NCBI RefSeq assembly: GCF_000497125.1
Contig: NC_090600.1
Coordinates: 496,001 to 560,000 of the forward strand
Length of the DNA stretch: 64,000 bases
From: Spironucleus salmonicida
Taxonomy: Eukaryota
Direction: 5' to 3'
Shown here: in pieces, positions 26,124 to 37,100 of the stretch
Layout of the letters: each line of letters begins with the position of its first letter
How positions within the stretch are numbered: position 1 is the stretch's first letter
Translations under genes and position numbers: made by a program
Notes under the pieces: generated by a model
The model's input: only the letters and a program-made list of their open reading frames with translations
Told to the model about the DNA's origin: nothing
Database searches by the model: none

Positions 26124-29100
26124 ATGACGTGTGATCTGACTTCTCTGACACCTTTCAATAACAACGGAACCTGCGTTTCCTGCCAAACTGCAATTCCAAA
26201 TTGCAGAATCTGCTAATAATCCGAACTCACTACTATTACCTGCAAAGTCTGCAAAATACCATTCACTGGGCCTGCATGCGCTAGAAATTGCGGTGATGGA
26301 ATGGTACAGCTTAATGAAGGCAACTGCTAGCCTTTTACTGCCGCTTTCCCTTTCGAAGGTAAAACCGAAAATATTTGCTCTGGGGCGAAATACGGAGCCA
26401 TTTAGGCTGCTGTCAATAATGGTGATACTTCCTGCCTTTGTACAAATGATAAAAAGCCCAAAAACTAACAGCGCCATTTCACAGGCCCTAATTGCGATAG
26501 GCGCAAAGTAGGTGTTACATGTAATGGGACTTTATTCCCCGTTTGTTCAGGATGCAATAATGCAGATTGCGCTGGATGCATTCCAGGAACGTTAGGCCCT
26601 GACCCCGCGTCCGGATGCTGCAATAATGGCTGCAAGACGTGCTTAAATACCACGGGTAATTTTGAGACTACGAACCCTTTCCCGCCCTCGGTGTGTAAGT
26701 CATGCGACCCAGACTCCATCAGGTCAGTTTTAAAAGGCGATTCGTGTATTTCCTGCTTTGATGCCATTAATGGCTGCTTGAAATGCGCTCAAAATTCTGG
26801 CGCAGAAGCCCAATGCACGTAATGCCGCGATCGCCTCACCGGTGAAAATTGTGAGCGAGAATGCGCTACTGGCACAGTTTAGCACAATATTACGTCTTGC
26901 ACCTCCACCTCCTGCACTGAGACTAGCTAATGCAACGGAAATGGCACTTGCGGGGATACCAACGGGAACCTGCTTTGCGCCTGCAATGTCGGCTTTGCTG
27001 GAGCCAATTGCGAGACTAGCACCGCAAGCTGCAATATTGCTAATTGCACTGTTTGTAATGTTTCTAATGTATGCTCTGTTTGCGAGACAAACTATATGCT
27101 ATCAGAAAACGCCTGTGCTCCAAAAACGTGCGAATAAATTATTACAAACTGTGCGACTTGCGATGGAGGTTTCCCTAATTTTACCTGCAAAAAATGCTCT
27201 GGTAACTTCACTCAGTCGGATTGCAAGAAATAATGCCCTGGAAATTACGTCTAGTTTACTGAAAGCAAATGCTAGAACCCGTCCTGCATTAGCGGTCAGG
27301 CGTGCTCTGGAAACGGTACCTGCCAGGTAAACATGGAGGGAGACAAAGTTTGTAACTGCACATAGGGTTTTGCTGGGCAAAATTGTGAAAATCAATGCGA
27401 TAGTAGTTGCGCTACATGTACTAGTGCAGACCACAAGGTGTGCACTAGCTGTCCGCCCGGTTAATTTTTGGTTGGATCTGCTTGTATTTCGTGCCAGGAT
27501 GTCCCTAACTGCCACGGTTGTGCCCAGACTGCACCAGAATCTGCAGTTACGTGCGAGTTCTGCTCCAGAGGGTTTACTGGAATTTCCTGCGAAAAGGAGT
27601 GCCCGGAAGGCCAGGTTCAGTACAACAGCCTATACTGCCAGGCAACCTCCTGCGATGGAGCCAAGCCCTGCAACGGATATGGTGCATGCTCTGTCAAATC
27701 TAACAATTTAATCTGCACATGCGATAGTGGAGTTTCTGGGGCAAATTGTGAGGTTCTGACTACGGGTAAAAAATGTGGCGGAGGCCCTGAGATTAAGAAT
27801 TGTTTCAAGTGTACAAATGGAAAAACATGCGCTTAATGCTTTATGGGTGCTGCGCTGTCAACCGATGCACTTTAGTGTTGCGCCGTTGGATGCCACAGTT
27901 GCGAAAGCGCTACCCCTAGTACTTGCTTCGGTTGTGATAAAGCTAGCGACGCACCTTTCTTTGATAATTAAGAGTGTAAAACATGCGAACAGGTCTATCC
28001 CAATTGTCAATCCTGTGCTTAAATAGGCTTCCTGAATAAAGTTACTTGCAGCACTTGCAAAGCTACATTTACTGGCGAGGATTGTACTTAGCAATGTCCT
28101 GCCGGAAATAAATAGTTCATGTAGAGCTATTGTCAGCCTATTACTTGCGATGATCATGTTCCCTGTAACGGAGAAGGGTAGTGTGTCAGTGATCTAGATA
28201 ATATGGTGTGCCAGTGTCAGCATGGAGTTGGTGGCATTAACTGTGAATCTAGGCCACCCTGCTCTGTGTAAAATTGTAAATTGTGTTAACTCCATGATAG
28301 CAATACATGCTAAGAATGCATAAACGACTACAAGATTCAGGGAAATATGTGTGCAGCCTTAACTTGCCAGGAGTCCATTCCTAATTGCTAAAGTTTGTGC
28401 TAAGGTTCAACTGGTAATTTCACGTGCGGTACATGTAAACCTGGATATACTGGCTAATAGTGCGATAAGTAATGCGATAATGGTTATGAGCAATACGAAC
28501 AGGAACATTGCCAACCAACTTCATGCGCATCTGGCTGTAACAGCAATGGAGTCTGTTAAGAAGACTCGACTATTGGCAAAAAATGTGTTTGCAACGAAAA
28601 CTTTAGCGGTCCTAACTGCGAGAACAATTGCGCCGCGCCCTGCAAAACCTGCCAGTCGGATAAGACCACATGCCTATCATGCTATAACTTTGATGTAGTT
28701 GAAGGCTCCACCTGCACAAATTGCTAGACGAAGTTCCCCAACTGCGATAAATGCTCTTTCACCAGCCCCCTCAGCTGCAACAAATGCCTACCTCAGTTTA
28801 CCGGACAAAGCTGTGATATTGAATGCAAATTAGATACCGTTCCGTACAATAACGTGGGCTGCCAACCCTTTTCCTGCACGACACCCCACCCGTGCTCCGG
28901 ATAATCCCAATGCACTGCATCCGGAACTGGTCTGAAATGTACCTGCAAGTCTGACTCAACAGGCCCCAACTGCGAGATTCATTCTGGCTCTGGAAAGACT
29001 TGCAACGGAAAATACAAGATCGAAAAATGCGTGATCTGCACGAACACGAGCCCAGCTGCCTGCGCGATTTGCGCTGCCGGCACCACCATAAACCACAACC

Positions 29101-30128
29101 AGACCGAGTGCTGCACGAACAACTGCGGCGGATGCGAAATGGAGGCCCCCACAGCTTGCACCAAATGCAAAATCGACTCCGATTTCCCATTCCTCAAAAA
29201 CGCGAACTGCGTCGGCTGCACTGCCGCTATTCCAAACTGCCGCGCCTGCACCCAGGCCGACCAGTTCACGGACATCACCTGCGACGCCTGCACGGCGAGT
29301 TTCACCGGCGTGACCTGCGATACCGACTGCGGCGCCGGCATGAAGCAGTTCAACGGTACGTTCTGCCAGAGCGTTTCATGCGAGTTTTCCGTGCCGTGCG
29401 GCGGCAACGGGGCCTGCAAAACCACGTCTGGCAACAGCACCTGCGAGTGCAAGCCCGGATTTAGCGGCCGGAACTGCGAGAATCTGGAAACCTGCGAAGT
29501 CTAAAATTGCCAAACCTGCGTTTAGGGCGACGCCAAAAAGTGCAAAGTTTGCGCTCCAAACTACTAGCTCACCAGCTATAAACACTGCGAACTCAAGCAA
29601 AGCTGCGTAGTGGAGAACTGCCTCACCTGCGTCTGGAACAACCCAAACCGCTGCCAGGGGTGCGCCCAAGATTACGATTTGACGGCCGCTGGGTCCTGCG
29701 AAATAGCCTAAATATGCAAGGTCAAGGACTGCCAAACCTGCGTTATGGGGAATGAAAATTAGTGCGAAATCTGCTACAAAAGCTTGGATCCATTGACAAA
29801 TTGCACAGACTGCAAGTTTGGGCTTTTCTTGTCCTAGAATGTGTGCAAGTCATGCGGTGAAGGGTGCGGGCGCTGCACCAGCGCAAATAAGTGTATTTCC
29901 TGCGCGGACGGCTCGATTCCCGTTAAGGGAAAGTGTTCAGTGCAAACTGCACAGATTGGTGCGGGGGGAATCGCTGGAATCGTTATCGCGCTGATAGCGG
30001 TTTTGCTTGTTGTTATACTGACAGTAATTTTGGTAAAGAGACGCAAATCAAATGCAAAAAGGGCTTAATATGTTGATTAAGGCCTTCTAGACAGAGGTAA
30101 CGGTAGCTAGGTGGCTATTGTTGAGTGA
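26124..30128 (+). CDS. Cysteine-rich membrane protein (about 8 CXXC/EGF modules, C-terminal TM, KRRK tail), 1334 aa, copy 2
   Basis: Open frame with repeated C..C...IPNC..C.Q / FTG..C / C.G.G.C...C.C..G..G.NCE; TM IAGIVIALIAVLLVVILTVILV then KRRKSNAKRAQYVDQ...VAIVE and GAG-TGA. Confidence 0.93.
30124..30128 (+). promoter_or_regulatory. Putative polyadenylation signal AGTGA overlapping the stop codon (representative example)
   Basis: Same AG-TGA ending in the genes stopping at 8677, 9911, 13637, 33870, 57318, 59536 and 63883; resembles the described diplomonad AGTRAA/AGTGA signals. Confidence 0.7.
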
Positions 30129-30739
30129 GGGTTTATGTAACGATTTGGAATGAAAGCTACTGATTGTAATATGAAATGTTAGAAAGGGTTCTTGATTTTT
30201 CAAGTATTTTATTTACTTGCTTATTATAGTGAGAATAAAGATGTATTGTGAAAGTTATTTGAAAGTTTTCACGGCAAAAGATTGAATATATGAAACACTT
30301 CATTGTATATACGATAATTAGGTCAAAATGTTTTTACTGGATAACTTAAAAGTGATTTAATTATTTAACAAATATGAGGTATATAAGTTAAATAATTCTT
30401 TATATGGGAATTTTATCCATCGATCTAATTTAGTAGAAAATAATACTTACTTATAATTCAAAACTACATAACTCTTAAAAATATGATGTTATAATATTAT
30501 AAAATATTGTACATTATTGTTAAAAAACTTATATAAATTTTATGTTAATTAGATAAATTACGTAATATATTAAATTTGTAAAATATTTATTCAATGTTAA
30601 ACATGCTGAAAAATGCTAATAATGTGTAATAAAAATATTATTAAAAATAATAAATAAAGTTGTCTGACTTCATAATTTTACTGTAAAATAAATAATTATT
30701 TTGACACATGTATAATCATAGTAAATTCTTTATTGTAGA

Positions 30740-32278
30740 ATGCTAGTTTTACTTTTATCAGCATCGTCACCTAATTGTTTTTCGACTAACACATATCTTG
30801 AAGGTGATATACAGTCTCGGATTTTAACAGTATACTTAATACCCCAAAATCCAATAGATCCCCTTTGTATTGCTTTAAATGATTCAGAAAGTAAATTAGA
30901 CTTAATATATAGAAATGCAGAGGACAAAGGTTTACCACTGTTAGTATCAGAGCCTTTTATTTATAGACCTGGGGTTATAAATGAAGCCCATGTATCTATT
31001 TCAGCATTATCACCTGATCAAATAATTATTCTAATTGAAATTATAGCAGCAGATTATATCGTCAAGATAGCAAAAGCAGCAGACTATCATGGAACATTTG
31101 ATATAATAAAATATTTAAAATAAGATGTTTCTTCTTGCTGGTCCAATTTAATATTTTCATATTCCGCAGTTTTTGGAGAAGAATAATTATCGTTTGAACT
31201 TGTTCCGAATGATTGCACTATTCCACCTGATGCAGAACTGTTCCCAAGTTTTACATTTAATGCAAATGAATCAGTTATTGTATTAGCTGAATTTTAAGAA
31301 GGAAATGGCGATGAGGATTATAAACATCCATATATTCATAATCAAGTTAAATTCTGTAAACTAGTTTGTAGAGAAATTGTTGATAGTGAAAAAATGGAGG
31401 AATGTTTAAGAGTTATCGATTTCATGACTATCAGTTTATAGTACTTATTTGGATTAGAATTGGTTTATTTTACTGGCGAAATTAAAACCGAAGTTATTTA
31501 AGAAACAATGGAGTATTAAGGTGATGGTTCAATAGACTGTGCTGAAGTAATTGGATTGCTATGTTATATTAATCCAGATGGCTATATTTTATATCATGAA
31601 CCTTTAGCTGATTACCCATAATGTATTATAGATGAAAAAACTGTGCTAGTTAAATTATAAACAATGATACAAAGTGGATCTCTAACTTTAATATACAATG
31701 GAGTTTATACACTTGAATAATATAGTACATAATAATATTTAGTAAATACATATGATATGAAACCTTATTTAAATAGTAGAGTTCTATTGTATCCTTAATT
31801 TATTTAGTTTAATAATGAGGAATAAATTAGCGGCTAATTTTACACAACGGTTCAAACTGTTAAATAATGCATATATTTAATAATTTTAGACGTTAAAGGT
31901 TAAAACAATATTGAATTGTAGTTCCGTTGTGAATATAATGAGGTATGTAACTAAATTAATGAAGAAATAGAATTAGAATTAATTAACGGTGATTAGAATA
32001 TCCTATTTCAACAATTTTTTAAATTAAAGTTAGACCAAAAAATATCTATATAAAAAGTTCATTATTAACTTAAAAAGGATATTCGAAATATTATTAAAAA
32101 TAATTAAGGTGTTGTATTTACAGTAAGAGGATCTAGCTTTTATATTGTTAGCAATGAGATTACATTTGATAATATGATAGGATTTTTGGCAATTTAGTTA
32201 AGTTTTGTTATTTTATATCTGACTGCTGGTATTCTAATAGTTTTTATTATTATTACAAAATAGAATAAAGCTGATTGA
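30740..32278 (+). CDS. Type-I transmembrane protein, 512 aa, unknown function; paralog of 5523-7094
   Basis: MLVLLLSASSPNCFS signal-like start; TGA-free with TAR=Gln; C-terminal TM LSFVILYLTAGILIVFIIIT. Confidence 0.87.
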
Positions 32279-33170
32279 TTTCTCTTATTTAATTCAAATT
32301 CAAGAATAATACTAACTATATATTCCATATATACTACATGACCACGAGTTATAAAAGCTCGAAAGTTACTAATAATAAGGATAGTTTAAATTTTTTTGTA
32401 TAGTTATAAAAATTTGTTACAAAACTTAATATAAATCTGCCTTTAAGATGTTCTATTAAAAATATTTAGTAAATTTCTCTATTTTAAACCAGTTTTAGTG
32501 AACTCTTTATTAGATTTCCGGTATCTTTTATGCAATATTATTTTCTTTGGAATATGTATTACATTTAAAATTGCTGAATTTATGATTCATTAAAATTTAG
32601 CTTCATTGATAAGAATAAAATTAAGGAAGTTTAAATCATAAAATTTTACATGTAAGTAATTATTGTAAATATATTAGAAAGCACAAGTTTACTATACTTA
32701 ACAATATTTTTCAGATGAAATTTTAAAACTCTATATGGCTAAATAGTTGAAATTACCTATTCAGCTGGAGTCCTATTAAATCTTTATACAAAGCTGCTAA
32801 CCATTAACATTTACTAATAGTGTGGTGTCAGTGATTCAATTTATAATGACTCAGATATTTAATTAACTTTTTCAAAATAATATTTTTCAATTTATTATAC
32901 TGTAACTCACGGAATTAAGAAACTACTATACTTCATAAAGAATAAAGAGTATATATTTATTTTAAACTAAAATAAATACTACGACGAATACATATTAATA
33001 GAAAAATGGGTAGTTTTAATTTATAGTTAGTTTGAGCTTTTCATTTGTTAGAAATTAAACTTTAAAAATCATTTTAATTTTTATCTTACATCTAATTTAT
33101 TTTATTATATATAAATTATTACTAAAGTAAAAATATTTTAATTTATTTCAAAATATTAAAATTAATTATT

Positions 33171-33201
33171 ACTTTCCTCAATCTTTTTCTCTTTCCTCTA
33201 A
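33171..33201 (+). promoter_or_regulatory. Pyrimidine/C-rich element just upstream of ATG (representative example)
   Basis: actttcctcaatctttttctctttcctctaa-ATG; TTCC-containing patches also precede the ATGs at 9261, 10978, 12647, 22645 and 34139. Confidence 0.5.
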
Positions 33202-33870
33202 ATGACACTTGAATTAGTGAAGATATTTAATAAACCAATTGTTGAAGTTGAGAAGGACTCTACCATGGATTAGCCATTTAAATTTATCATAAAAATTGAG
33301 ACTTTGGTAGCCTTAGAACATCCAATCACTTTCACCTTCAGCTACACGGACGGTCAATATGAGGAGCTCCTAAAGTCAGTTAATCTTCCAGCTTCACTCC
33401 CAAAGAAATAAAGATTTACTGCAGAGGTTCCTACGCCAACATTGGCAAAAACTCCTTTAAAAGGCCTTTTAAATGGGTCTGCAATTCTGATCGACGTCCT
33501 CTATAACGCTTAAATCCTTTCAAGAATTCCCGTGCATATGGTTGTTGAAGATCAGAAGCACGAACTGCGCGTTTAGGAGGCAGAGGAGGAGGATTTTGCA
33601 GACGAAGAGGAAGTCAAAGAGCAAAATGAGGCGATTGAAGAAGCTTTCGGAGGTGAAGAAGAGGACTTCGACCCTTAGCTCTTAATGCTGCTTCAGGAAA
33701 TGGCGCAGAAAAAACTCAACTAAAAATTAGGAACCAAAGAGGAGAGCGTTGCGATTCCGCAATTTGGAACAAACGAGATTTTTGGAAGATTAAAGAGGGA
33801 TCTAGTCGTTTTAGGGAATTCAGTTACCGAAGGATATACTAAGATGCTAATCAAAACAATTGACGAGTGA
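33202..33870 (+). CDS. ASF1: Divergent ASF1-like histone chaperone, 222 aa
   Basis: DQPFKFIIKIETLVALEHPITFTFSY, EELLKSVNL and RFTAEVPTP..AKTP...LLNGSAILIDVLYNAQILSRI align by eye with the ASF1 Ig-fold pattern (PyeFeItfEcLesL...wkltY, dqeLdSilv, kFvf...pP...iP...l...vIll...Y....f.Rv); acidic stretch; ends GAG-TGA. Confidence 0.7.
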
Positions 33871-34138
33871 GTGGGGATTTTAAAAAATAAGGTTGAGATA
33901 TTGAGTATGTTGGCATTAAATTTTTAATTATAAAATATTTATATAATAGATATTAGTAATTAATTATTTTTTGTATTATATATATTAATAAACAAAAATA
34001 GATTTCGAAAATAAAATACTAATCAAATTATTAATTATATAATACACCTTAAATAAACTTAGTTAAAATAGCATAAGTTAAAAATAAAAGGCATTACATA
34101 TATAACCATTAAAAATATTTCCATTCCACTAATCCATA

Positions 34139-37100
34139 ATGTCCCTCTTAAATTCTTTTAAGAACTAGCCATTTAACGAATAAAAAAGTTCATTTTATGA
34201 ACTTATGAAGCATTATTTAGATCGTGATTAGAAAAGAATTTATGAAATTGAACTTGTTAAGAAAACAGTTTCATTTTAAGAATAACAAATTACAGAATTA
34301 GAAAATTTATTATAATCTAAGAATGAAATTCTTACATTTTATCTTTAAAAACCTTAAAATGTGTAACCTATTGAGTTTGACTTTGATGAACTCAGATCAG
34401 AAATCCTATCTCTTTCACAAAGTGAAGTATCAAATGCTTCTGTTTAAAATATTTAATCTTTATTAGAATCATTTGATAATTAGTTTTATAATTCATAATA
34501 AGGCAAAAAGTAGTAAGATATGATTTTATAATTAGAAAATCGTAATAAAGATTTGGTATCATAAATTTTGCAAATGCAACAAGATAACTAATTAATTGCA
34601 TAGTAAGCTGACTTAGAATAATAAAAATTATTTCATAACTTATAATCTTAGGATTAATAAAGACAGAGTACCTAGGCTTTGCAAAAATTATTAGCAGAGT
34701 CAAATTCAGCAAGTAAAATTCTTAAGAATTTAATTGTAGATAAAGACTAAGAATTGAAACTGATAAGAAATGAATTATAAATATCTAAGTAAGCTCTTAC
34801 TTAAAGAAATAACGAAATAGACCAACTAGGTTAAAATGTTTCTAATTAAGATATCCTAAGATAAGAATTAGAAAAGTAAGTATCTAGTTTAAGATCATAA
34901 GGTCTATTAGAAAAGGAAACCTTACGTCATTAAGTAAAAGTGTTATAATAGAGAGTAATAGAATAAAATAATATTAAACCATAAGTGGTTAATCAATTTA
35001 TTTAAGCCTCTACAAGTAATAACGATAGTATAAATATCGAGTAGCTAAAATAAGAAAATTAATATCTAAATGAAGTTATAGGAACAATGGTTTAAGATAT
35101 TGAAGAAAAAAATAAAGTTAAGTAATTACCAGACCGTAGTTTATTAGCACTTCAAACATAGATATCGCAGTTACAGCAGGAGCTCGAGTCCAAACAGGCC
35201 GAGTCCCAGTAGAATACTACCGACTTAGAGGCTCTGAAAGCTTAGAACGAGTCCCTTGCCAAAGAGGTTTCGGACCTCTAGGCGTAGGCCGACGAGATCA
35301 AGGCCACGGCCGATGAAAATGTCGTGGCGCTCGCCGACGAGATCAAGCAACTGTAGGATGCCCACCAGGCTGAAGCTGATCGCCTGAACGAACAACTAGG
35401 CTAGCAAGCCGCATCCTCCGAAGAACTTAAGCAGGAGATCTAAGACCACAGGGCCGCCGAGGAAGAGCAGGACGCTTAAATTCAAGCACTCCACGAAGAG
35501 CGTTCAACGCTCCAGACCTAGCTCGAACTTGCTACGGCGGTTACTGAATCCCACGAGGTCACTTTCCAGACCGAAGTCGCCCAAGAATGCGCTGAGGTCC
35601 AATGTGGCGCAGAGCTGAACGACTTTGATACCCAGGCCACTGTCGACCTAGTGGTCGCTTCCACTCAACCGTCTTCCCGCGAGGATAGCGTGAATGAGGC
35701 CGCTCTCGCTCTTCAGGAGCAGAATGCCGAGCTTGTCGAGCAGATATCGCAGTTACAGCAGGAGCTCTAGTCCAAACAGGCCGAGTCCCAGTAGAATACT
35801 ACCGACTTAGAGGCTCTGAAAGCTTAGAACGAGTCCCTTGCCAAAGAGGTTTCGGACCTCTAGGCGTAGGCCGACGAGATCAAGGCCACGGCCGATGAAA
35901 ATGTCGTGGCGCTCGCCGACGAGATCAAGCAACTGTAGGATGCCCACCAGGCTGAAGCTGATCGCCTGAACGAACAACTAGGCTAGCAAGCCGCATCCTC
36001 CGAAGAACTTAAGCAGGAGATCTAAGACCACAGGGCCGCCGAGGAAGAGCAGGACGCTTAAATTCAAGCACTCCACGAAGAGCGTTCAACGCTCCAGACC
36101 TAGCTCGAACTTGCTACGGCGGTTACTGAATCCCACGAGGTCACTTTCCAGACCGAAGTCGCCCAAGAATGCGCTGAGGTCCAATGTGGCGCAGAGCTGA
36201 ACGACTTTGATACCCAGGCCACTGTCGACCTAGTGGTCGCTTCCACTCAACCGTCTTCCCGCGAGGATAGCGTGAATGAGGCCGCTCTCGCTCTTCAGGA
36301 GCAGAATGCCGAGCTTGTCGAGCAGATATCGCAGTTACAGCAGGAGCTCGAGTCCAAACAGGCCGAGTCCCAGTAGAATACTACCGACTTAGAGGCTCTG
36401 AAAGCTTAGAACGAGTCCCTTGCCAAAGAGGTTTCGGACCTCTAGGCGTAGGCCGACGAGATCAAGGCCACGGCCGATGAAAATGTCGTGGCGCTCGCCG
36501 ACGAGATCAAGCAACTGTAGGATGCCCACCAGGCTGAAGCTGATCGCCTGAACGAACAACTAGGCTAGCAAGCCGCATCCTCCGAAGAACTTAAGCAGGA
36601 GATCTAAGACCACAGGGCCGCCGAGGAAGAGCAGGACGCTTAAATTCAAGCACTCCACGAAGAGCGTTCAACGCTCCAGACCTAGCTCGAACTTGCTACG
36701 GCGGTTACTGAATCCCACGAGGTCACTTTCCAGACCGAAGTCGCCCAAGAATGCGCTGAGGTCCAATGTGGCGCAGAGCTGAACGACTTTGATACCCAGG
36801 CCACTGTCGACCTAGTGGTCGCTTCCACTCAACCGTCTTCCCGCGAGGATAGCGTGAATGAGGCCGCTCTCGCTCTTCAGGAGCAGAATGCCGAGCTTGT
36901 CGAGCAGATATCGCAGTTACAGCAGGAGCTCTAGTCCAAACAGGCCGAGTCCCAGTAGAATACTACCGACTTAGAGGCTCTGAAAGCTTAGAACGAGTCC
37001 CTTGCCAAAGAGGTTTCGGACCTCTAGGCGTAGGCCGACGAGATCAAGGCCACGGCCGATGAAAATGTCGTGGCGCTCGCCGACGAGATCAAGCAACTGT

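Noticed and set aside
1-30128. Composite transposon bounded by long inverted repeats
   Set aside because: The inverted repeats are surface-protein CDSs; no transposase or reverse transcriptase seen, and the interval holds housekeeping genes.
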